Shown: one piece after another, positions 10,778-20,583 of the stretch
Position numbering within the stretch: the stretch's first letter is position 1
Layout: each line of letters opens with the position of its first letter
Notes under the pieces: generated by a model
Told to the model about the DNA's origin: nothing
What the model saw: only the letters and a program-made list of their open reading frames with translations
The model's database searches: none
Assembly (NCBI GenBank): GCA_034520945.1
Contig: JAXHNB010000006.1
Span: forward strand, 224,001-288,000
From: Trueperaceae bacterium
GTDB taxonomy: Bacteria; Deinococcota; Deinococci; Deinococcales; Trueperaceae
Length of the DNA stretch: 64,000 nucleotides
Direction: 5' to 3'
Program-made: the position numbers and the translations under genes

Positions 10778-12027
10778 TCAGTTCGCGAGGTCACCGATCG
10801 CGCTGCGATAGAAGGCTTCGATCTCGTCCAGTACGACGTCCTGCCGGTATCGCCCCTGCGCCCGGCGGCGCGCCCGGTCGCCCAACGTCGCGCGGAGCGT
10901 GGGATCCTCCAGCAGGCGCACGATCCTCGCCGCCAGCCCGTCCACGTCCGGTGGGTCGTACAGCAGGCCGGCGTTGCCGTCGTCCAACAGCTCGACCATG
11001 CCGCCGGCCGCGCTGCCGACGATCGCCTTGCCGTAGGTCATCGCTTCGAGGCAGGTATAGCCGAACGCCTCGAAGATCGAGGGCAGCACGCAGACGGCGG
11101 CCGGCGCGTAATACTCGCTCAGCGCTTCGTGCGGCACCTGTCCCACCAGCTCCAGCTTGGGCTGCAGGGCGGGGGGTAGCAGGCTGCGAAGGTACGCGCC
11201 CGTGGACGGGAAGTCGCCCACGGGGATCTGATCGTTGCCGACGAACACGAACCGCGCCTCGGGGACGCGCGCCAGAACCTGCGGCATGGCCCGCACCAGC
11301 AGGTGGACGCCCTTCATGCGTTGCAGGCGCCCGACGAACAGCACGATCGGCGGGTCCGCTTCCGCGGTGGGGTGCGTCACGGGGGCGTAGGTCGGCGGGT
11401 TCGGGTGGACACGGATCGGGCGGTTGCCCAGGCGCATCTCGTCGCGGAACGCCCGGACACACGCGGCGCCTGGCGCGCTCAGGTGCGTGGACGACAGGAG
11501 GTAGCGCCGTTCGATGGTGCGTACCATGCGGCGAAGCGCCTCCGGGAGGGTCGGTTCGACCTTCTCGGTCATGGTCAACGGGGTGTGGAGGCGCACCACG
11601 AACGGCACGTGCGGGTGTCGCGATGGGCGGTAGCGGATCGGTTCGGCCATGTGGTCGGCCGCCTCGATCAGGTCGATCGCCTCCTCGTGCACCAGTTGGT
11701 GCAGCTTTGCGGCGATCGCGCCACGGTAGCGCCACTCCCGCCGTGCGACCCGCGCGGCGAAGCGCGCGCTGCGGACGCCGCGCAGGTCGGTGGGCAGCTC
11801 CGGCCGGGCCGGCGTCACGCGGTGCACGACGACCCCCGCCTCACTGCGGACGTCGTCATGATCGCCACGCGTCACCACGTGGACGCGGTGGCCACGATCA
11901 CACAGGCCGTGGGCCAGCGCCTTGGTGTAGGCGCCGATCCCGGCGCTGAACGGATCGGGTGGGTATTCGATGGAGGCCAGTGCGATGCGGAGAGGCGCTT
12001 CGATGCGCGGATGATATCCGTGTTCAC
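10778..12027 (-). CDS. Glycosyltransferase family 4 (GT-B); 5' end apparently frameshifted or lacking an in-frame start
   Basis: FVGRLQRMKG, EAFGYTCLEAM (Ex7E). The in-frame N-terminal motif LRIALASIEYPP...GIGAYT...GHRVHVVT lies upstream of the first in-frame GTG (11878). GTG 12027 is out of frame by one base. Confidence 0.8.
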
Positions 12028-12031
12028 TGCC

Positions 12032-13027
12032 CTACGCGCCGCCGCCGCGGGCCCGGCCCGCCAGGCTCCGTGCCAGCATGGTGCCGCCCAGCACCGGTCC
12101 CAGCAGCAGCGCCAGATAGTGCCCCGTGAGCCGCCACGCCAGCACCGCGGGCGCGATGAGCGCCGGGTCGGCCGCTCGGGTGAACATGGCGGCGGCCGCG
12201 AGCTCCATGTAGCCGCTCCCGCCCGGCGTGGGGACGAGGTAGGCGCCGATCGACACCAGGAGCACCACCATCAGGGTCGGCAGCAGCGCCAGCGGCGCGC
12301 CCAAGCCCAGCGTGGCGTAGGCGAAGAAGATGGCGTGGAGCGAAAGGTGCATGCCCGCCGTGAGGAGGTTCAGCGCGGCGTGCGTGAGGTAGGTGCCACC
12401 CGTGACCGTGGCGGTGGCCTCCTCCAGCTCCAGCACGAAACGCGTGGCGTGCCGCCGGCGTCTCCGGAGCAGCGGAAGCGAGAACGCCCGCAGGACCCGC
12501 CGCCCGAACCAGCGCAGCCGGAACGCCAACAAGAACCAGAGCGCCACGAACGCCGCGCCCAGCGGGGCCGCCAGCCAGACCAGGGAGCGATCCACGATCC
12601 CTCCGCCGAGCGCCAACCCGACGACGGCGAGCGGCACCGACCAGGCGAAGAACGCCAAGTCCAGGATGGTGGTGTACACCGCGATCGACCAGGACGTGGC
12701 GTGCGTCATCCCCTCGCGGCGCAGGGTGAGGGCGATCGCCGGGTGGTTCCCGCCGCCGCTCGGCGTCACGGCCGCGGCGAACAGCCCCAGCAGGTGGGCG
12801 CGTGCGCCCCGCAAGACGGAGAGGCGCACCCCCGCCGCGCGGGCCAGCAACGCCAGGCGGGCCCCACCACAGGCGTAGCTCGCCATCAGCAGCCCCAGCG
12901 CGACCCGCAGGGCGGCGCGGTCCTGGTGCCACAGGCGCAGCAGATCCGCCGGTTCGCCCAGCAGCACGGCGACCAGCACCAGGCTGGCCGCGCTGAGGAT
13001 CACCGACGCGAGGATGGTGCGGATCAC
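12032..13027 (-). CDS. Lysylphosphatidylglycerol synthase TM region / flippase-like membrane protein
   Basis: AAVTPSGGGNHP, VPTPGGSGYME, AWRLTGHY; multi-TM; GTGA overlap with the GNAT stop. Confidence 0.85.
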   Translation of the reverse strand: MIRTILASVILSAASLVLVAVLLGEPADLLRLWHQDRAALRVALGLLMASYACGGARLALLARAAGVRLSVLRGARAHLLGLFAAAVTPSGGGNHPAIALTLRREGMTHATSWSIAVYTTILDLAFFAWSVPLAVVGLALGGGIVDRSLVWLAAPLGAAFVALWFLLAFRLRWFGRRVLRAFSLPLLRRRRRHATRFVLELEEATATVTGGTYLTHAALNLLTAGMHLSLHAIFFAYATLGLGAPLALLPTLMVVLLVSIGAYLVPTPGGSGYMELAAAAMFTRAADPALIAPAVLAWRLTGHYLALLLGPVLGGTMLARSLAGRARGGGA

Positions 13028-13866
13028 CGGGTGGGGGTCGTCTCTGCGCGCCGCCGAACGTCGCGGTGGCACACGCCGACGAACCGCTCGACCTGGCGGA
13101 AGCCGAGGCGCCCGTAGATCCGATCGGCGCTCGCGCCCTCGTCGGCCATGATCACCAGGCGCGCCGCGCCGAGCCGTGCGAAGCCGTCGCGCGCGACCGC
13201 GTGCACCATGGCGGACGCCACCCCGCGCCTGCGCAGCGTCGGCACCACGCGCACGTCCTGAAACCGGCCCAGTCCCTCGCGTACGTACAGCCCCATGGTG
13301 CCCGCCGGCTGGCCGTCCAGGGTGGCGAGGTACCAGCCGCCGTGGAGGCCCGGGGGCCCACCGTCGCGCACCCAGCGAAGGGTGCGCGCCAGGACGCGCC
13401 GCAGGAAGCGGGCGTAGGCTTCGGGCGCCTCGTCGGTGTCGCGTACGCCCGAGTGCTGCACTGCACGGAACGCACGCCACGAAGGCGCGTCGTCGACGCG
13501 GCGCAGCGCGAATCCCGGCGGCTGGGGCGGCGCGGCCGCCAGGTCGCGCGGCGTCGCGGTGCGAACGGTGTTGCGGTCGACATCGTAGCCGGCGTCCTCG
13601 AACGAAGCCAGGTCACCTTCGCGTCCATGGGGGTCGTCCCACGCGAAGGTGGCGTGGGTGACGCCCGGGTCGCGCGCGAAGGTCTCGGCGAAGCGTGCCT
13701 CCCAGCGTCCGCGATCGCCCGCCCCGGGGGGTCCCGCGAAGGCGAGGAGGTTGCCCCAGTGCGCGTCGGGGATGGAAGGCGTACGCAGGGCGAGGGCGTC
13801 GCCGAGGTCGTCGACCTCCTCGACGAACCAGGCTTCGGTGCGCAAACCCAGCGAGCGTGGCGTCAC
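13024..13866 (-). CDS. GNAT family N-acetyltransferase
   Basis: RFQDVRVVPTLRRRGVAS acetyl-CoA motif, IYGRLGF; GAAAGGA RBS before GTG 13866. Confidence 0.85.
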   Translation of the reverse strand: MTPRSLGLRTEAWFVEEVDDLGDALALRTPSIPDAHWGNLLAFAGPPGAGDRGRWEARFAETFARDPGVTHATFAWDDPHGREGDLASFEDAGYDVDRNTVRTATPRDLAAAPPQPPGFALRRVDDAPSWRAFRAVQHSGVRDTDEAPEAYARFLRRVLARTLRWVRDGGPPGLHGGWYLATLDGQPAGTMGLYVREGLGRFQDVRVVPTLRRRGVASAMVHAVARDGFARLGAARLVIMADEGASADRIYGRLGFRQVERFVGVCHRDVRRRAETTPTR

Positions 13867-13991
13867 GAACGTCCTTTCGTGGCGAAGGTGCTGCGCGCAC
13901 GAGAACGCGCCACCGCGCGTGCGGGGGCGTGTGGGACGTGCTGCGGTTTGTACGAGCGAGGCGGGGGTGGGCACGACGCGAAACGCATGCC

Positions 13992-14145
13992 AACGGAATC
14001 CCTCGTTCACCTATTCCATGCTCCGTCGCGTCCCGATACCGTCGCCCGTAGGGGCCGTTCGGATCAGCTGTCGAGCCTCAAGTGGGAACGAGGAATTCCG
14101 TTCAAGGATCGGTTCGAGGTCTCTTCGATACGAACCTCCTTTCAC
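13992..14145 (-). ncRNA. Candidate structured RNA (5' hairpin plus ~110-nt rod)
   Basis: 17-bp stem 14086-14102/13992-14008 (its one mismatch is G-U on the minus strand); nested inner stems; second hairpin 14104-14141; TAGGAT -10 at 14151-14156. Confidence 0.35.
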
Positions 14146-14250
14146 CTGTGATCCTACGCCCCGCGCCGGCAGGGCGCAGTGAAGCACGATCCAGCGTTCG
14201 GCCGGCGAATGCGCTATGATGAGTTTTTGGGGCGCGGTCGCGGTCGCCGC

Positions 14251-14661
14251 TCAGCCTCGGATCGATGCGTCGTCGAGGCCGATGCCGGCGATGTCAGCGA
14301 TACGGGCCATGTCGACGTCCTGAGCAAGCAGCGTAGCCCCGGTGCGCAGGGCTACCGTCGCAATCATGCAATCGATCAGTCCCCGTGGCGTGATGCCGGC
14401 GCGGCGGCAGGTGCGATAGATGCGGGCGGCCCCTTCGAAGTCCGTGACGGAATCGAAGCCCAGGAGCCGGAAGCGTAGGAGCAGGCGACGCAGTTCCGAC
14501 GCACTGCTCTCGTCTCGCGCGCCGGCGAGAACCTCCATCAGGACTGGCTCCGTCACGGCGATCTCGTCGTTGTCCGCGATCAGCTTCGTCAGCCGCTGAT
14601 CGACAGGGCTTCCGTTCCCGCGGTCGTACTCCACCCACGCCGAGGTGTCGGCGAGGATCAC
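14251..14661 (-). CDS. vapC: VapC PIN-domain toxin
   Basis: ILADTSAWVEY, EPVLMEVLAG, LIDCMIATVA, LLAQDVD. Confidence 0.92.
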   Translation of the reverse strand: MILADTSAWVEYDRGNGSPVDQRLTKLIADNDEIAVTEPVLMEVLAGARDESSASELRRLLLRFRLLGFDSVTDFEGAARIYRTCRRAGITPRGLIDCMIATVALRTGATLLAQDVDMARIADIAGIGLDDASIRG

Positions 14662-14870
14662 GAGTCGCCGCGCGGTCCGGCATCGGGCGGGATACGCCGG
14701 ATCGCCCGGACGCCCCGCATTTGGAGGGCTTCCTCGCGGCTCATCGGCTGACCGGCGAGGTGCCGGAGCGCAACGTCGACGGCCTCGGTCTTGGTCCGGA
14801 CCCCGAAGCGCTGCATGATGACCTCCACGTAGGCATCCTCGATCTCGATGTTGGTACGGGTACGACTCAT
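14658..14870 (-). CDS. vapB: VapB antitoxin
   Basis: MSRTRTNIEIED...TKTEAVDVALR; 70 aa; GTGA overlap with vapC. Confidence 0.9.
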   Translation of the reverse strand: MSRTRTNIEIEDAYVEVIMQRFGVRTKTEAVDVALRHLAGQPMSREEALQMRGVRAIRRIPPDAGPRGDS

Positions 14871-14908
14871 ACACGTATTATACACCTGCCGTGTAAGAAT
14901 GGTGTAAT
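14871..14908 (-). promoter_or_regulatory. vapBC leaderless promoter/operator
   Basis: TATAAT 6 nt before ATG; TACAC-N5-GTGTA inverted repeat and repeated TTACAC/GTGTAT elements overlapping the promoter. Confidence 0.7.
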
Positions 14909-15100
14909 GGGACGTACGCCTTGCTTCACCCGACGCGACGTCCACGCGCCCGCAGAAGTCCCACATGATCGGCTTCACGATTGGCGTCACGGCTCACGTG
15001 CTCGAGGCACGCTCTTAAAACGGCTTCGGAGGCCTTTGCGCGTTCGTGCGTGCGGCCGCGCACGGCCTGGCTGTGTAATGCGGCGGGTACGTCGTCTTCG

Positions 15101-15817
15101 TCAGCGGGCGGGCAGGTCGGCGGAATCGCGGGGCGCGTAGCGCACGTCCAGCTCGCCCAGGCCGTCGATGTGCCCCCGGAGGTGGGCGTTCGGGCCGACG
15201 GGACCGACGCCCGCGGGGGTGCCGGTCATGATCAGGTCGCCCGGGGCGAGTTCGACGAGGGTGCTGAGGTAGGCGAGGGTCTCGGGCACCTTCCAGATCT
15301 GTTGCGCCAGGTCGCCGTCCTGACGCCGTTCGCCGTCCACCTCCAGCCAGATGGCGCCGTGCTCCAGATGGCCGGTCTCCTGGACGGGCGTGATGGGCCC
15401 GATGGGGGCCGATTGGTCGAAGCCCTTGGCGGTGTCCCACGGCCGGCCCATCTTCTTGGCGGTCGCCTGCAGGTCGCGGCGGGTCATGTCGAGTCCGACG
15501 GCGTAGCCGTAGATGTGCGCCAGCGCTTCTGCGACCACGATGTCACGGCCGCCGCGCGCCAGGGCGACCACCAACTCGATCTCGTGGTGGAGATCACGGG
15601 TCGCGACCGGGAACGGCAACGCGCCCCCTTCGGGGACGATGGCATCGGCGGGCTTGGTGAAGAAGAAGGGCGGTTCCTTGTCGGGGTCGTGGCCCATCTC
15701 GACGGCGTGGGCGGCGTAGTTCCGGCCGACGCAGTAGATGCGGCGCACCGGGAAGCGGGCCTCCTCGCCGCGAACGGGCAGGCTGGGAACGGGCGGGGGG
15801 TCGATGACGTAGCGCAT
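15101..15817 (-). CDS. Fumarylacetoacetate hydrolase family protein
   Basis: [53 protein letters not shown]. Confidence 0.93.
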   Translation of the reverse strand: MRYVIDPPPVPSLPVRGEEARFPVRRIYCVGRNYAAHAVEMGHDPDKEPPFFFTKPADAIVPEGGALPFPVATRDLHHEIELVVALARGGRDIVVAEALAHIYGYAVGLDMTRRDLQATAKKMGRPWDTAKGFDQSAPIGPITPVQETGHLEHGAIWLEVDGERRQDGDLAQQIWKVPETLAYLSTLVELAPGDLIMTGTPAGVGPVGPNAHLRGHIDGLGELDVRYAPRDSADLPAR

Positions 15818-15904
15818 GACGAAACCTCGATTCCAGGGTGCAGGGACGGAGAGGGATCCTACCGCGGGGGCGCAGGCGCGGGCCGAGGTGGGGCGGCCGG
15901 CGGT

Positions 15905-16456
15905 TCAGCGGCCGGCGGCGTAGAAGGCGACGCGGCGTTCGAAGTAGGCAACCACCTCGGAGGCGACGTACGCGAAGGCGAAGACCACGATGAGCAGGGC
16001 CCAGAACTGTGGCATCACGAAGTTGCGATTCGGAATGTCCAGGAAGGTGGCGTGGACGTTGCCGCGCAGCAGGGCGGTGGCACGGACTTCGCTGCCGGGC
16101 ACGTAGCTCAGCTCGCTGAATTCGATCCCTTCGACCTGTTCGGTGAAGCGCGCGGCGGCTTCGGTGCCGGAGCCGCGGGTGTGGACCGTGAACGGTGCGC
16201 CGATGCCGATGTCCACCTGGCGGTTGGCGACCGCCTGCGTGGCCAGGTCTTCGCCGGTGAGCTCCACCAGCTCGATGTCGTAGCCGCGCTCCCGCATTCG
16301 CTCATGGGCCACGAACAGGTTGAGCGTCTCGACGGCTTCGATGTCGCCGAGGCCGATGCGGGCGTCCTGGGCCACAGCCTGCTGGCCGATCAGGACGGCC
16401 GCCAGTACGACGACGACGAGGGTCGTGAACCGGTGGGGTGTACGGGCGTGACGCAT
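15905..16456 (-). pseudogene. Collapsed NitT/TauT-type ABC transporter remnant: substrate-binding protein fragments fused in frame to a permease C-terminus
   Basis: Signal peptide, SBP-like segments (QAVANRQVDIGIGAP; VHTRGSGTEA; SYVPGSEVRA), then permease-like tail (MPQFWALLIVVFAFAYVASEVVAYFERRV); only 183 aa. Confidence 0.65.
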
Positions 16457-16523
16457 ACGCATCCTCCTCCGAGATCGCAGGGACGGTTTGTGTCTTGGCT
16501 TCGCATCGTAGATCAAGATGTGT

Positions 16524-16617
16524 ATTGGTTCCAAAAAATTCGAGGATCTATGCAGATATTGCCGGCTGTGAGCGTTAAATGGTATGCAACCAATGTGAAC
16601 CAATCGTCCGTTGGTTT
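16524..16617. promoter_or_regulatory. AT-rich divergent promoter with FadR-type TGGT...ACCA boxes
   Basis: TTGGTTCCAA, TGGTATGCAACCA and AACCAA-N6-TTGGTT-like elements upstream of the GntR/FadR gene. Confidence 0.55.
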
Positions 16618-16653
16618 CGTGTGTTCAGGTGGCGCCTCGCTTCGGGGGCGTGC

Positions 16654-17355
16654 ATGAGCGCGCCTCGTCCCCGTGAGCAGGTGCTGGCGACCCTGCGCGC
16701 GCAGTTCGCGGAACAGCGGTTTCGGCCCGGCGACCGGCTCCCGCCGGAGCGCACGTTGGCGGCCGAACTCGGCGTGAGCCGGGCCGTGCTCCGTGGCGCC
16801 CTCGCGGTGCTGGAGGCGGAGGGACGGATCTGGCGCGGTGTCGGGCAGGGCACGTTCGTGGGGGGGCGACCGGTCGACGCGCCCGACCGGGTGGCCGACG
16901 TCGCGGACCTCACCAGCCCGGCGGAGGTGATGGAGGTTCGCCTGGCGCTCGAACCGGAGCTGGCCCGGCTGGCTGCGCACCGCGCCAACAACCGTGAACT
17001 GGACGAGGTCGCACGGTGTTGCGGCAAGGCCGCCAGCGCGCGCACGCAAGGAACCTACGAGCAGTGGGACGGACGCTTCCACCACGCCATCGCGACGGCG
17101 GCCCACAACCGCCTGTTCCTGGCATTGTTCGAAGCGCTGAACGCGGTTCGGACGCACACCGCCTGGGGACGGGCGCGCGAGGCGCGCCGCTCCGCCTCGT
17201 GGCAGCGCCGCACCGCGAAGCAGCACGACGAGATCCTCCAGGCGCTACGGCGCCGCAACGCCGCCGCCGCCCAAGCGCTGATGCGTACGCACCTCGAGGC
17301 CGTTCGCGAGCACCTGCTGGACGCAGAGGGCGCACGCATCGACGCCGCCAATTGA
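16654..17355 (+). CDS. GntR/FadR family regulator (FCD domain)
   Basis: PGDRLPPERTLAAELGVSR...GQGTFV; WDGRFHHAIA; QHDEIL; MRTHL. Confidence 0.92.
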   Translation: MSAPRPREQVLATLRAQFAEQRFRPGDRLPPERTLAAELGVSRAVLRGALAVLEAEGRIWRGVGQGTFVGGRPVDAPDRVADVADLTSPAEVMEVRLALEPELARLAAHRANNRELDEVARCCGKAASARTQGTYEQWDGRFHHAIATAAHNRLFLALFEALNAVRTHTAWGRAREARRSASWQRRTAKQHDEILQALRRRNAAAAQALMRTHLEAVREHLLDAEGARIDAAN

Positions 17356-17380
17356 CGCTCTGGACGCCGAAAGGGCCTGC

Positions 17381-18196
17381 ATGCCGATCTTCGTTCTTCT
17401 CCTCGGACTCCTGATCGCCGGCGCGTTCGCCGGGCTGCTCGCCGGCCTGCTCGGCATCGGCGGCGGCATCGTGATCGTGCCGGCGTTGTTCACGCTGTTC
17501 TCCGTGCTGGAGGTCGACCCGGCCGTGCGCATGCCGTTGGCCGTGGGCACCTCCCTGTCGACCATCATCGTGACCGCCACCATGTCGGCGCGGTCCCACT
17601 ACCACCGCGGGGCGGTCGATCTCGCGCTGCTGCGATCCTGGGCGCCGTGGATTCTCGTCGGCGTGATCATCGGTTCGGTCGTCGCGCGCTTCGCGCCGCA
17701 AGGGGTGATGTTGCTGGTGTTCGCCACCGTCGCCCTGATCGTGGCGGGCTACATGGCGTTGGCGCCGGAGGGCGTGCGCCTGGCCGACGACCTGCCGCGC
17801 GGACCGGTGCGGTGGGTGATCGCCAGCCTGATCGGCGGCGTGTCGTCGATCATGGGGATCGGCGGTGGCACGCTCTCGGTGCCGACCTTGACGCTGTGCA
17901 GCTACCCCGTGCGTCGCGCGGTGGGCACGGGCGCGGCGATCGGCCTGCTGATCGCGGTTCCGGCGACGGTGGGCATGATGGCGGCCGGTTGGGGCCGGGT
18001 CGGACTGCCCACGGGCAGCATCGGCTTCGTCAACGTGCTCGGGTTCGCGGTGCTGGTGCCGATGACGGCGCTGATGGCGCCCGTCGGGGTCCGGTTGGCC
18101 CACCGGATCCCGCCCCGTTGGCTCCGGCGGGCCTTCGCGGCGTTTCTGTTGCTCACCGCGCTGCGCATGTACGCGGACTGGTTCGCGTTGGCGTGA
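17381..18196 (+). CDS. Sulfite exporter TauE/SafE family protein
   Basis: Two GLLGIGGG / IMGIGGG repeats, AVGTSL; multi-TM. Confidence 0.9.
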   Translation: MPIFVLLLGLLIAGAFAGLLAGLLGIGGGIVIVPALFTLFSVLEVDPAVRMPLAVGTSLSTIIVTATMSARSHYHRGAVDLALLRSWAPWILVGVIIGSVVARFAPQGVMLLVFATVALIVAGYMALAPEGVRLADDLPRGPVRWVIASLIGGVSSIMGIGGGTLSVPTLTLCSYPVRRAVGTGAAIGLLIAVPATVGMMAAGWGRVGLPTGSIGFVNVLGFAVLVPMTALMAPVGVRLAHRIPPRWLRRAFAAFLLLTALRMYADWFALA

Positions 18197-18256
18197 CGGG
18201 GCGCGGCGCACGGCCGCCGCTCGCCCCGAAGGTCCGGCAGCCACGACCGATGCGCG

Positions 18257-18284
18257 AAAAGGGCGCGGCCATTCGGCCGCGCCC
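18257..18284 (-). terminator. Intrinsic terminator of hppA
   Basis: 10-bp stem GGGCGCGGCC/GGCCGCGCCC, 4-nt loop, then TTTT on the minus strand. Confidence 0.7.
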
Positions 18285-18316
18285 CTCCTACGTGCGATGC
18301 GGCGGACGCCCGGGCG

Positions 18317-20398
<2,082 letters not shown>

Positions 20399-20583
20399 GG
20401 GGCCTCCAAGCGGGGTTCGAACCCCTCACGATCGACGGACCGTTTTTCTCCTTCGCGTCGGAGGCGGGTCCGTCGTCGCTCGGGTCGTCGGCGGCATGCT
20501 ATCACGCCTGTCACGCCCTGGACGCGCGTCCAGGACGCCCCAGGTCGCAGGCGCCGGCACGCGCCCGTGGCTGCCCCCCGGCG

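Noticed and set aside
10778..12027. GT4 as BshA of bacillithiol synthesis
   Set aside because: About 27 kb from bshB2, no BshA-specific motifs recognised, and linked to a flippase-like gene
13986..14107. Inverted repeat read as an integron attC site or retron msr/msd
   Set aside because: Ends do not fit RYYYAAC/GTTRRRY, and there is no integrase or reverse transcriptase in the window
20402..20428. GGGGTTCGAACCCC resembling a tRNA T-arm
   Set aside because: It is a 14-bp palindrome beside the hppA RBS. The T-stem would have only 3 bp, and no D or anticodon arm or acceptor pairing is present.
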